Assembly (NCBI GenBank): GCA_965113315.1
Contig: OZ220364.1
Reading direction: 5' to 3' (one strand)
Length of the DNA stretch: 64,000 bases
Source: Podarcis vaucheri
Taxonomy: Eukaryota
Part shown: positions 1-12,544 of the stretch, in pieces
Position numbering within the stretch: position 1 is the stretch's first letter
How the letters are laid out: each line of letters starts with the position of its first letter
Program-made: the position numbers and the translations under genes
The notes under the pieces: generated by a model
The model's input: the letters and a program-made list of their open reading frames with translations, nothing else
The model's database searches: none
Told to the model about the DNA's origin: nothing

Positions 1-1191
1 AACATGTGAGCCTCCAAAATAAGGTAATATGTAAGAAAATTCAAAAAGTCAAGTAGTGAGACTGGATTAATTAGGAACCTTGTCTAATCCATATAATATT
101 GGCACTTGCTTTTCGCTGCAGGAATTCTTTATTAACATATGCATAAGTTTATGTTTTACTCTATCCTGCTGCTGTCTTGACAGTTAGGTTAAATGGTGCT
201 GAATACACTTTAGAAAGAAGAAGAATTCAAATCTCTTTTTTCCCCTAATCTGAAAAAGCATTGCATACAAGAGAGGCAGAATTCATTCAATTTCCTGTTA
301 ATTTCCTTGGTTGTCTAATTTTATGTAAATCCACAGAGCACAAGTTTTAATTCAGCCACTCTCATCAAGAGACCAGAGACAGACACAGAATAGGGGTTGG
401 GGTGGGGATAAAATTTACCATTTGGGGGAGGGGGGCTTTAAAAAGAATTCAGCAGCAGGAGAAATTTTACATTTTAATTGAAAGTGTTTGTTTTTCTCCA
501 CACAATAAACCTTACTTTCAACAGGAAAGAGGGGGAAGGGTATTAGATAGTGAAAGGAACTAATTCTGCATCTCAGGAAAATGACAATTTCTTCCAGGCA
601 GACCTATAGTATCATCTGGGATTAGTAATGGTGGCATTCTTTGTCAACATGTCATCCTTGAAAGTGAGGAACAAGGGGAGCGGCTATCATTTTCCCTGCT
701 GCAGGGTGTCAGCAAAAGATTCATTTGACTCTAAAGGGGATTATCCCTTCTTCTGTCCCCTGGAGAGACAAGAGAGTTTATTACAGAAGCTGAGGAAAAG
801 GGGGTTAGCACAGATTAGTATTATATTATTGGCAGGGCAATGATGTATGTTACATACAAAAAAATTGCAAGATGTCTCTACCCCCCCCTTCTTATTTCTG
901 ACAGAGTCCTCATCACTCTGTCCTCCTAGCTGTATCATCAGAATGCAGGACGTCACATGAAAATAGTGGTTGATGTGACTCTGGATTCTGTGGCCAAGGA
1001 CACTCTGATTCTTCATCATGCCTGAACTACAAACTGGAATGCAGCAAAACTGAGAAAACCTTTAAGTGTGAAGCAGACTGAGGCCCAGCCAGAGTTTAGG
1101 ACATGACTGCAGTCCTTCCCACTCCACTTAGCACCCCTAAACTCCACCTGCCTCGCTGGGGACAGTAAGGGGGTGGTTCCAGAAGGCAGAA

Positions 1192-1215
1192 ACACACACA
1201 CACACACACACACAC
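1192..1215. repeat. (AC)n microsatellite
   Basis: Direct reading. Confidence 0.95.
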
Positions 1216-1390
1216 TGTGTTTTGTTGCTGATTGTCTTCAAAAGGAAAGACAGGGAAGTTGGAATATACTTGATAAGGCACTAAGGACTCAGCTATACAG
1301 CTGCAAATGTAACATTTTAAGTGTGTTTTAAGTGCATTATACAAATGTGACACTAGGTGGTGCTGATGAGCTAATGACAAGTTCCATATA

Positions 1391-1619
1391 CAGTTGTACC
1401 TCGGGTTACAGACGCTTCAGGTTACAGACTCCACTAACCCAGAAATAGTACCTCAGGTTAAGAACTTTGCTTCAGGATGAGAACAGAAATCGTGCTCTGG
1501 CAGCGCGGCGGCGGCAGCGGGAGGCCCCATTAGCTAAAGTGGTGCTTCAGGTTAAGAACAGTTTCAGATTAAGAACAGACCTGGAGAACGAATTAAGTTC
1601 TTAACCCGAGGTACCACTG
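1391..1619 (+). mobile_element. Tc1/mariner (Tigger-like) MITE
   Basis: TIRs CAGTTGTACCTCGGGTTA ... TAACCCGAGGTACCACTG flanked by TA on both sides; sibling copies at 6311 and 13424. Confidence 0.9.
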
Positions 1620-3162
1620 TATACTTTACAACTTTTTTTAAAAAAAAATCATTTTCCACAGCATTTTTTAGATCTATGTAGATTCAGCCTGAGAGAGACG
1701 GGAGGCAGAAGAGACACACGTATACTATCGGTGGTGGGATGGAACACATACACAGTGAAAATAGTTTGTTACAGATCCTGCATGGCACATATTAGTACAG
1801 TATGCTCAACCAGTATCCAGCTGTGTATTCACCCCCCTCTGATGTTAGCTTATGTAAGGGGCTGTGTCTAGTAGTCTCTTAGCGTTGAGCATCTTTGGAA
1901 GCTGAGCTGCCCTTAACGTTATCCACTGGAAATCGTACACACCCAAGCCTTGAAGAGAAAAAATGTTCCACTGCTATACTTTTATCATAGGTAATACTAG
2001 GTTGTCAATGGGGTTATTCCAAAGTGTGTAGCTTAAGGGCTATGGCATAGTCTGAAGCAGACCTTTGAAGGTCGTTGAGTTGAATGGGCGTGCTCTTTGG
2101 CCACTCATTTCAGTTGGGGGTTGTTTGTTTTTAATGGGACTTGTGCAAGTAAGTTGTTGTGCTCACCCCATGAATCAGATGATCACCAATTGACCCAGTT
2201 TTGTTAATTGGCTTCTATATACTTCAAGCGGAAATCTTGGAGCATGCTACCACATCAAAATATGAAAGTAATGAAAGAATAAGACCCTGGCATGAACAGG
2301 AATAGAAGGGCTCAGTTCACATCTTATGTAAGCAGATGTAAATAGTCATCCGCTGGAGTTAAAAGATATGCTCAGCAATGAATCCAGCTGGTATGTTACA
2401 TAGTTAACACTGGAGAATGAGACATGTCTGTCTTGCTCACAAGTGATGCCTTTTAAGGACTTTAATTAAGTTTGCATTGAGTTGGTCCTTAATTCATTTA
2501 GTAGAAGTTGTAAAGGGGCAGAGAAATCTGCCACAGCGATGTGACCATTGAAAACGTGTTTCTTATCAAGCACAAGGTCAGTGAATTATTTTTCATCTGT
2601 GCATTGCCTGCAGTGTAAAAGGTGTCACACACATCAAAACTGTTCTGCATAGATAGAAGTCCGTACCTGATTTGAAAGAAATGGCATGATTCATATTTTA
2701 TTAATGCTTCCTATGTTTGCTCATTGTCATCTCTGATTAATCTGTTGGAAACAAAACAAGTACAAAGGAACTTACAGTGACAACAACTGAAAAAATAATC
2801 AGCCAGTGCAAGAATGAGACCTTGAAGAAGAGAGATTCTCATGGTTTCGGGGGATTTTTACATAATTAATAAAAACTTTTTTAGGTTAGGCATAATCAGT
2901 CATGAGCTTTGTAGAAAGGCTTGCAGCTGAAATGATGAAAGTGTGTGGAAACCATGATCTCCCCAAGTTCAGATGTGCAAATTCAAAATGAAATTCTTCA
3001 TTTAACTTGTGAAGTTAAGAAATAGGAGTGTGGTTGCATTGTGATATCATTGCAATTTGTCATTGGAATATTTAAAACTGGTGTTTATGAATGCTGCATA
3101 GATAGCAATTTCCCGCTTATTTTTATCTAACCTATTTCCCCCTGTTTTTAATTAACCTATAT

Positions 3163-3301
3163 CAAGGATGGGGAACTGCCAACCCTCTGGATATTGCTGT
3201 ACTGCAGTTCCCCATCATCCCTAATCTTCGACCCAGCTGGATGGCACTAATAGGCATTGGAGCCAAACAGCTTCTGGAGGACCACAGCTTTCGCAACCCT
3301 G
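3163..3301. mobile_element. Older copy of the palindromic hAT MITE family; further decayed copies near 17007-17137, 32434-32567, 34985-35105 and 61717-61833
   Basis: Shared cccatcatccct ... atggcactaataggcattgg core; 8-bp TSD ACCTATAT / ACCTTTAT. Confidence 0.7.
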
Positions 3302-4862
3302 ACCTTTATTGGTCTACATCTGTGCTCAGATTCATAGCTGTAGAATTGAGATTCTTAAATGGTCCAAGATATATCCAAATCATGAGTCAATCCACTTTTC
3401 TGAAGTCCATTTCTTATGAACATGGAAACTGGTTGCAGGGTGGTTTCAGAGGAATGTGGGTTAAGCTTGGTTGCATGACAAAGTGGCCAAACAACCCACC
3501 ACAACCCAGAAGTGCTTCAGCCTACAGGTTCCATTTAATGGTCTGAAGAGATAGGCAATTTTTCCTGCTGTGTGCCTCCCTCTATCCTCCTCCCTTCTCT
3601 ACCTGCTGTAGCAAACAGAAGGGTGAGTGTCAGCAAAGAGGCCAAATGAGAAACACACGGGAGAAGTTGTCACTTCATTGTCCTCCAGCTCTTGGTGGCA
3701 CTTTTCAAAGTACCTATTTGGCATCTCCAGGTCATGTGACCTGGTCTCTGTATGGAAACAGTGGCTGGCAGACTGAGAACAACCAAGGGAATAAAACACC
3801 TGCCTCAGTTCTGGTGCAAAGCTGTCAAGGAATTATATTCTGGTTTCAGCATCTCAGACCAAGTAGCGGCAGTCAGGCATTTTGAAACACATCTTGGAGG
3901 GTAGGGAGAGAAGGCTCATAGCTTCATGAAAAAGGGCAGGGCTGAGAATGCCCCCATCTGAAAATCTGGAGTGTCTCTGCCAGTTAGCATAGACAATATT
4001 GTATGAGGGAGCCTTCTATGTTCATATTTGTACAAGGCAAAGTGAGTGAGTGATTCTTCTGCGGATGTCTGGAAGTCCACAGTAACCAGGTAGCATATCA
4101 TAGACAGTCAGCTTCATGTAATGAACCAGGCAGTGTTTCGTGATCCCCACTTGACCCCCCTCTATTCTCCTTATATTTGCAAAGGAGAAATGCAAGTCAT
4201 TGATAAGCTTGCACGAGTGTGAGATTGAGAGGAACTCAAGCAATCAAGTGTGAAGCAATCAAGTTTCACCCCTTCTGATGTTGGAAGAATCGAAACCCCC
4301 ATGATTCACTTCAGATATTTCACATTTCCCTTCCATACTTTCAGGGCAGTGTTTTTGTTTATAAGAAGCAGGAATTGGTGCGATTAAGGAGGCGTCAAGT
4401 CCAGTTATGAGCAAATAAATAAGATGCTAAACTCTGTTTAACGATACCACATGGTTTCCTCGTGTTCTTTTCCATTAGATGTGCAATTTTGTACAAATGA
4501 GCTGAGGTATTCAAAATATTCAGACTATCTGTTGTTCGGGAAAAAGAGAATCTCCCCTTTTCTAGGGTTGCATCAGCATGTTAATTTTTGGAGGGTCCAG
4601 TCAATTCAGAGAACCTAACTTGAAATGTCAATAATATTTCTGAAAACTCATTTGGAAGTTCTTTCAGAAACCTTTCTGTAACTGAATGTGATTTATTTTA
4701 AAAGGATGCTGTTTTACTGCAGTTTTAGTTGTGGGTATTTTGTATATAATTTCCAAGCTTGATCAATCCACAGTGCATCTTTAAAAACAAACCACACATA
4801 CACACAAAGGCATCTTTTTACCAAAGGATCAGGTTACAACGTATGTCCTCCATCACCAAGGT

Positions 4863-5371
4863 TAGAATCATAGAATCATAGAATCATAGAGTTGGAAGAG
4901 ACCACAAGGGCCATCGAGTCCAACCCCCTGCCAAGCAGGAAACACCATCAGAGCACTCCTGACATATGGTTGTCAAGCCTCTGCTTAAAGACCTCCAAAA
5001 AAGGAGACTCCACCACACTCCTTGGCAGCAAATTCCATTGTCGAACAGCTCTTACTGTCAGGAAGTTCTTCCTAATGTTTAGGTGGAATCTTCTTTCTTG
5101 TAGTTTGGATCCATTGCTCCGTGTCCGCTTCTCTGGAGCAGCAGAAAACAACCTTTCTCCCTCCTCTATGTGACATCCTTTTATATATTTGAACATGGCT
5201 ATCATATCACCCCTTAACTTCCTCTTCTCCAGGGTAAACATGCCCAGCTCCCTTAGCCGTTCCTCATAAGGCATCGTTTCCAGGCCTTTGACCATTTTGG
5301 TTGCCCTCCTCTGGACACGTTCCAGTTTGTCAGTGTCCTTCTTGAATTGTGGTGCCCAGAACTGGACACAG
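4863..5371 (-). mobile_element. CR1 LINE, young 5'-truncated 3' end
   Basis: (ATTCTATG)n tail on the minus strand; uninterrupted ORF2 C-terminus ([23 protein letters not shown] ... [14 protein letters not shown]); apparent TSD AGGTTAGA at 4859-4866 and 5403-5410. Confidence 0.93.
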
Positions 5372-6310
5372 TTCTGTGTCCAGTTCTTCTCTAACCTTCT
5401 TCAGGTTAGAGAAGAAAGGCCTTATGTTGTACATATAATGTGCCTTAATTAGCATCAAAAGTGAAGAGGATTGCACACTTTCAAACAAAGTACAATTTGA
5501 TTACATGGAACAGAACTTTTATTGTGATCATCTCAGGCCTTTGGCACAATGTGGGGAAATTGTAATGGTGCACTCTTCCAACACAGACCTTTCCCCCACC
5601 CCCATTAATGTCATTCTTTTGTTGAAGAGCATAGTGGTGGAGCATTTGATAACAACCAAGGATCAGCTGGAGAGTGCCTGGGCTTTCTACGTGGCTAAAA
5701 TACTGGTCAGAGTGAGGTTGGGGTTTTTTCCTCTTCTACACATAACTGGGAAATGATATGAGGCATCACATGACTTCTTTGCCCCGGCAGAAATTTAGTA
5801 TCTTCACTTCTCATCTCCTTCAACTGCTGGGGCAACACAAATAGCCTCTGTTGAACCTTTTGACCTTTATTTTTCCACATCCAAACTATTTTTTCTCTTC
5901 TGAAGCACCCGCAACTTTCTCTCAAAAGAGAAATGCTTGCAAAGCAAACAAGAAGGAAAATGCCTAGTTCTTCCATAATTAAAAACCTCCTTTTAAAAAA
6001 ATAAATCAGAAACTTACTGCAAGCTACCATTTGCATAAAGAGTATAATGTCTAGAAATTTAGAATTTCCACATTTACTCACAGTTATTTGAATCCATTAT
6101 GTCATTTAATGATACATAAAATGGATTATTAGGGCATAAACAATTACATCAATAAAGTAAGAATGCTGTGGTCTTCCGCAGATGAATTCTGCACTAATAG
6201 GTATCTCTGGAATATGGCTATGATAAATATGACAATTCTTCCCATTACTTGGTGGTTTTTGCCTTGGGGTTTTTTTAAAAAACCTTTTTTTTAGCACAAC
6301 CCTATCTATA

Positions 6311-6552
6311 CAGTAGTACCTCAGGTTAAGTACTTAATTCGTTCCAGAGGTCCGTTCTTAACTTGAAACTGTTCTTAACCTGAAGCACCACTTTAGCTAA
6401 TGGGGCCTTCCACTGCTGCCATGCCACCGGAGTACGATTTCTGTTCTCATCCTGAAGCAAAGTTCTTAACCCGAGGTACTATTTCTGGGTTAGCGGCGTC
6501 TGTAACCTGAAGCATCTGTAACCTGAAGCGTATGTAACCCGAGGTACCGCTG
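6311..6552 (-). mobile_element. Tc1/mariner MITE, same family as 1391-1619, opposite orientation
   Basis: CAGTAGTACCTC ... GAGGTACCGCTG TIRs with TA TSD; internal sequence is the reverse complement of the first copy. Confidence 0.9.
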
Positions 6553-8018
6553 TACATGTTTACTCTAAATCTCACTTGGTGGGGCTTGTTCCTAGCTTAG
6601 TGTGCCTAAGATTGCATCCTTAAAGATTAAAATGCACTCATCTGTTTATCCTGGTAGATAAAAAGGAGCTATTACCCAACTTGGCATCCTTCTCTGCTGG
6701 TTTCAGACTCATACCCCAACACTCCAGTTGTGCAGAGCTGTGATATTTGTGAAGAGCATCTTATGTCATTGTCACTATAGTGACATCTTACGGAATGGAC
6801 TGCTGCCCAGTCTTCAGAGCACATGATTTGCACACCAGGTTCAGTTTCCAGCATCTCTCGACAGGGCTGTGGAATTGCCACTGTCAATCATTGTAGGAAA
6901 CTAGATGGGCCAAGGGCTGCTTCCTGTCTCCCTATTCAACTTCTGTTAGACTACTGTTTCGTCCGTTGACTGCAGAAGCCTCTCTCGTAATTTTGCACTG
7001 CAGTACTTAAAGCATGCAATGCACCCATGCATTAACAAAACACCACCAGTTCATTCTGCTGTACAACCCCTCTGGCCACACTGGCCCTCCTTTCTTCACT
7101 GTGATAAAAACTTTGCATGTTATGATGACTGTTGCCTGCCTCCCAGGGCCTTGCAGAGCCAGGCAGAGGCCCTGGCCAGGTAGATAATGTGCCCCCCTTT
7201 TTTTTACCCTGGGGATAACTGAAGTCTTACAAATAAGTAAGTATATAAATAATTTTCACAAATGTTACGCTGACAAATAATTTTATTTCAAGGCTTGAAC
7301 TGTATCTGCAGTACAAAATGGAAAATATAGATAAATATGCTGACTGAGGCCCCCTTTGGAATCGGAGGCCCGGGCCAATGGCCATATGCCCCCCCCCCCC
7401 CGTCTGGGCCTGCTGCCTCCACTTCATAAGCTGAATGAGGCTAGTTGTGACATTTTGTCTGAGTGCAGCCTTTAAATGCCAAATCGTTCTTTATTTGCTG
7501 ACCCAGCAAGTCACAGGCTCAACTATACGTAAGTTTCGGGCTCAGTTGCGTATAACTGCTCTTATCGGGCTAATCATGTCAGAGAAAAGCTTACGTATTC
7601 TGCTATAATGTGGTCAGACACAAATAGCATCAAAGATACTTCTCCCGAATTCAGATCTCATGGCAAGGACAGTGTGGGAAGGAACCAGCAATAATAAAAC
7701 CCAAGCGTAGGTGGTATTAACTTTCCCTTATTTCCTTTTTGTTATGGCAGTGGGCTGAAGCAATCTTGTCTACAGCAAAAGTGAGAAAACAGAAACAGTC
7801 CACCGAACTCTGAAATGACTAGATGTTGATCACATCCTGATAACGGGTTCAAAGGAGTTACTGACATTGCTCTTGCCATATTCTGTGACATGTACAGAAA
7901 GCAACGTTTTAAAAGCTTAAAAGTGAAAACTTCTAAGCCCATTTTGGAGGGGGAACTTTCTCCCTTTGTGCAATTTGCAGTAGCCTTTGTTGAGCAGCTG
8001 TAGTTTGACAGTTTAAGG

Positions 8019-8154
8019 CAGGCATAGGCAAACGCAGCCTTCCAGATGTTTTGGGACTACAATTCCCATCATCCCTGACCACAGGTCCTGTTAGCTAGGG
8101 ATGATGAGAGTTGTAGTCCCAAAACATCTGGAAGGCAGAGTTTGCCTATGCCTG
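8019..8154. mobile_element. Palindromic hAT-type MITE
   Basis: TIR CAGGCATAGGCAAAC / GTTTGCCTATGCCTG; near-perfect full hairpin; 8-bp TSD GTTTAAGG / GTTTAAGT. Confidence 0.9.
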
Positions 8155-11100
8155 GTTTAAGTGCAGGTGGCAGCAACCATGAGCTTGGGATGCATATCCC
8201 AGCCCTGTCCATGGTTCCTTTTGTTTGGTTTTTTTTTACCTTATATTTTTATTGTCCATGGTTCCTTTTGGATGTGGGCCACTGTATGAAACTTCTAGTA
8301 GAGTTCACTAGTAGAATTCTATCAACCTTAAGTTTCAGTTATGAAATATAGTGACAGGATAAGTGCACTAATGAAAGGTGGTTGCCATTGAAGATCCCTG
8401 CAGATGCCACAACACTTCCAAAGTTCTATTTTTTAAACTGCAAATTCTCAAGTTAGGGCTCAAGAAAGCTGTAAATAGATGCCTTACTAAAGTGTTAGGG
8501 TGGCTCTTTCTCTTTCCTCCCTTGCCCAACATTATTTGTCCCATCTCCAAAATACTCTTTGATCCATAGCTCTTTTTGTTCCTGAACTTTCCTAGCTGTC
8601 TCCAGAATCTAGTAGCTTCCGGCAAACCTAACCAAAAGCGCTCACATTGTCAAGATTACAGTGACACAGAGTTAGCGCTCCTTTCTCTTTTGTGTAGAAT
8701 ACTTTCCCTTCTTGTATAAGCTGATAGACTCAGCCACTCTTCTTTTTGTTTTTAATAGCTCTTTTGGGGGCTAGCAAACTGGGAAAGTTTTGGGGGTGAA
8801 ATGACTAATCTAGCATACCACCAGTTGATACACTTGCCTGAGTGCAAGAACCACAGTGGTAATTTGCTCAGCAGCAGCAGCAAAGTTGTGTACAATGTTT
8901 GGTTGGGAATAGTGCACAGCAAGTCATATCAAAACTTAGTGGGGTGTTTCCGCAGTGGCCTCACCAGTGGCCAAAGATTGCTACTAGGAGCTTGCTGAGG
9001 GCGTGGAGGCCCTGGACCACAAGAGAAATGGAGCTGTGAACATTGCAGTGTCAAAAACAATGTAGCCCAACCAGCTTCTCTAGCAGGGACACTGACGTCT
9101 GCTAACTAAGCCATCCTTCTGGGTTCCTTTTCTGTCATTATCTTGGTATGGGGAAAAACACAGGCATGCACTTTTAGACCCTTCTCCCATGCATCTGCAT
9201 CAGAGGAGTAAATAATCTTTAGCTTTTCGAGGTGAAAGAAACTATGCAGCTGGCATTGGTAAAATATATGCTTTCAGAAATGGAACAGGTATTGCTCACT
9301 TGTTGGCCACATTCACACAAAGCCAGATTTTGACTTCTGCTGCTTCAAGATAGCAACTCTTTCTCTGCATTAAAAGGTCTGGTTGTGGAAGGCCTTTGCC
9401 TTGCTTATGCTTATAAAAGATTTTGTATTCCTTCCTTAAATTGTTTTTTTAATGAGTTGGGGAAGCAAATAAGCTGTTCAGTCCCTCCCAAAATATTTAC
9501 TCAGTTGTCTTTGCCTACTTGGACAGTTTTGATAATATCTTTGCCCAGTTTTATCAAGACATGGAACAGCATGCTCTGGCAAACCTTGGGGGGAAAGTTT
9601 AGGAGCCAGGTCATCTCGGGGTCAGTTCTGATGTTTCTCCTTTAGTGACAGAGAACACATGAGCAAGGGATGGTTACAAGTAGATATATTACATTACTCA
9701 TTTATAAGAATGTTCGTCCTAGTCTAACTTTACTTTGAAACATGTGGATGAACATCACCTGTGCCAATGAAATTTGCATTAGCTTTGCCATCCCCAAAGA
9801 ATAATTGCCTCATCAAATGCAAGGTACAAACTCAAGAAGGATGTTCTCAGTGTAGGTGTTGTCTGTGGTCAATAGCTGTTTTCTGCTTTCTTTAGGCTAA
9901 TAAGTGACCTCAACATTTGCTTACATCTCTTTTGTCATACTACATCCACAGGGTTACAGAATATGAATCACAATGGCAAAAAACAAAAATAACTGAGTTC
10001 ATTCCATTTCTGAAAGCAATATGAACTGGCCCTGTCATTTGGTCAAGTGAGGCAGCTACCTCAGGTGGTGGATGCCAGGGTATGTGTGTGTGGAGTGATG
10101 GCAAAATGTTTGAGGAAAAAGCTGTGTGTACCAAGTTATGTCTTTTGCCCTCAAGTGCAGCGGAGGGCGTCCTGGTCACCTGTGTTCAACTGGCAGCCCA
10201 GTCAGTTAGCTCTGTGTATGAAAAGAAATTGACACAGATAACAACATGTCTTGGGCTGGCCCTCCTATTTAAGGATGCTTCCAAAAGACAAAACTAAGGG
10301 GCAGTTCTCAGCTATTGGCATCTGTGTGTCCTCTGTCGGTTGCAGAAATAAACACTGGAAGAAAGATTGCGGCTGCTGCACTCTTTCCTTGGTCCTGTAA
10401 TTGCTGCCCTACCTACAGGTAAGGGGTGGTTTGACACAGCATTATGCCCAAACTTGGGCTTATGATAGATCTCATTCCAGGTGAGCCACAAACTGTAACC
10501 ACAGTTTGTTCTTCGCTCACCACTCATGGTTTGTCTGGGAAAGATGAACCATGAACCTGGGTTTGGCTGTGACCCTAAACTAATCTACAGCTTAGCTCTG
10601 GGTAGTGCAGTAGCAGCAGGACCAAACCCACACGTTTGCTCATTCACACTAAGTTTTGACAACATTATTGTGTGAACTGAGTCTATTTATAGCCATACTT
10701 GATAAGATTATAGAGGCAGATAAATCTTTAAGTCTGTGAGGCAGGACAAGGTTTAGGAAGGACCGAGTGTCCACTTTTGGATTCATCCAGTGTTAAATTG
10801 TGAAGAAGCAAGGTACTTTAGCAAACTGTCATTATTTTCTGGATCTCAAAATGCTGCCCAATATAAAACCAGCATGTACTATGAGCAAGGCATAATAACA
10901 TACGGTCTTAAATATGGGGGCGATGACAACCATTCCTTGACTTAAAACTTTTTGCAAATGCAGCATTTTTTCCTCATGTGCACATTTCTGCTCTAAGAGA
11001 TGTGTGTTTTGTGCACTTTTCTTTAGAAAACTGGCTTTCTTGAGAACCTGAGTACAAAATTTACAAAACGCAAGAGACATTTCTCAGACTTGCAGGTGGC

Positions 11101-11334
11101 TTTTCCAGTAGAAGCACACACCCCTTTTCAGACCCAGCTAAGGTACGAGGTTCACCACGGAAGTCAAAAGCCTCTTTACTGTTATGTCATTTGAACTTTG
11201 TGGTTAGAATGGGTGTATTTTTGATTGACTAGGGTAGTACCTGCTTATCTCTTTAAAAAGAAAAGAAAGGAAGGCATTCTGTATCTGGTAAATAAATGAA
11301 ATTTGCAGGTGTGTGTCCACAAGAACTTTGGGAG

Positions 11335-12310
11335 TGTGCCAAGTACTTAATTTAGCAGTTGCGTGTTGAGTCCCACAATTGCCACCCCCAAAAAATTCAC
11401 ACTTCACACAACAATTTTTTGTTTAGGTTTTTGGCATAATTTTGGCCACAACTTTATTCAATACAAAATGTGAGTGGTTGCTTAGGCATTGGTTAAGACT
11501 ATCTGTCCATGCCCTCAGGGACAGAGCTGGCATTCCGGACACCAGCGGAATCCAGTATGGGAAACAAGTTTTGGGTGAGAAAGTGAAGCTGGGCCTCAGT
11601 CCCGCACTTCTCACCCTCTTGTTCCTGTGGGGCTTGCACGGCCCAAGTCCGATGCCAGGGACAAGGACGAAAAGAATGGCAAGCCCCTGGATTCCTTTAA
11701 CGGAATTCCCTTCGCTCATTTGGAGGGGTAGGCACTTACCCCTCCAAGCACCATTTAACCATTGCCTAACCGCCAACCTTACAAGTTGTGACGATTTGCT
11801 ACGCAGTAGGCAAAAACCAAATGGCACCAGCCAATCAGCCAGATGGCAAAATTCCTACCGTGCCCCCGCACCAAGGCAGACGACACCATGACAGGCATAG
11901 CAAGGTCAAGCGAACAAAACAAAAAACCACCCTATTAAAGGGAGGGAGGGCGGGTGATCCGATGCAAAAACGGCCAAGAGGAAGTCCAAACTCTGGCCCC
12001 CTGTATTTATAGCCTCTAACCCCTCCCGTTTTCTCCACACACGAGACTCCCCAGCAACCCAATTTTAACCCCTTAGGAGGCTTGGGTTTACACAAATCTG
12101 CCTAATCACGGTCAGGTGGCTTGTTTCCCCCAACCGCAACACGTGCTCTCTGTTAAAGAGAACACGCTTTAACTTCTTATGGGCTGCCTAAAAGGTGTGA
12201 GTGCCAAGTCTTAAATTGCTGAAGTCCACAAGAAAACTTTACTTGGATTGTATCCACAGAGAATTAAGGAATCGCCCGATCTACCAAGAGACTAAGAGAA
12301 GAGCCTGTCA
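11335..12310 (-). mobile_element. Probable solo LTR of an ERV or LTR retrotransposon (boundaries uncertain)
   Basis: About 1 kb GC/CpG-richer island. On the minus strand it runs TG...CA, with TATAAATA at 12011-12004 and AATAAA at 11458-11453. TSD is only imperfect (GGAG/GGAA). Confidence 0.45.
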
Positions 12311-12375
12311 GGAACTCGCTGTTGAGGCAGTCTTGTAGAGAATGAGAGGGTTGGGTGTATTTACTTACTTACTTA

Positions 12376-12544
12376 CCGTATTTTTTGCACCATAACACTC
12401 ACTTTTTTCCTCCTAAAAAGGAAGGGGAAATGTCTGTGCGTGTTATGGAGGGAATGCCTACGGGTGGCATGCCTACGGATTTTCCTCCTCTAAAAGCTGC
12501 GTGCGTGTTGTGGTCGGGTGCGTGTTATAGAGCGAAAAATACGG
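12376..12544. mobile_element. Tc1/mariner MITE with CCGTA-type TIR, inserted in a (TACT)n microsatellite
   Basis: CCGTATTTTTTGC ... GCGAAAAATACGG TIRs with TA TSD; related to 19960-20219. Confidence 0.85.

Noticed and set aside
393-435. G-rich runs as a G-quadruplex
   Set aside because: The fourth run needs a long loop, and such runs are common in this window.
3612-3622. Possible microexon (long pyrimidine tract, tag|CAAACAGAAGG|gtgagt)
   Set aside because: 11 nt is not frame-preserving and there is no homology; such motifs occur by chance. Only junction reads could rescue it.
11423-11891. Overlapping 134-aa and 149-aa ORFs
   Set aside because: They lie in the GC-rich LTR-like island and show no gag, pol or env motifs.
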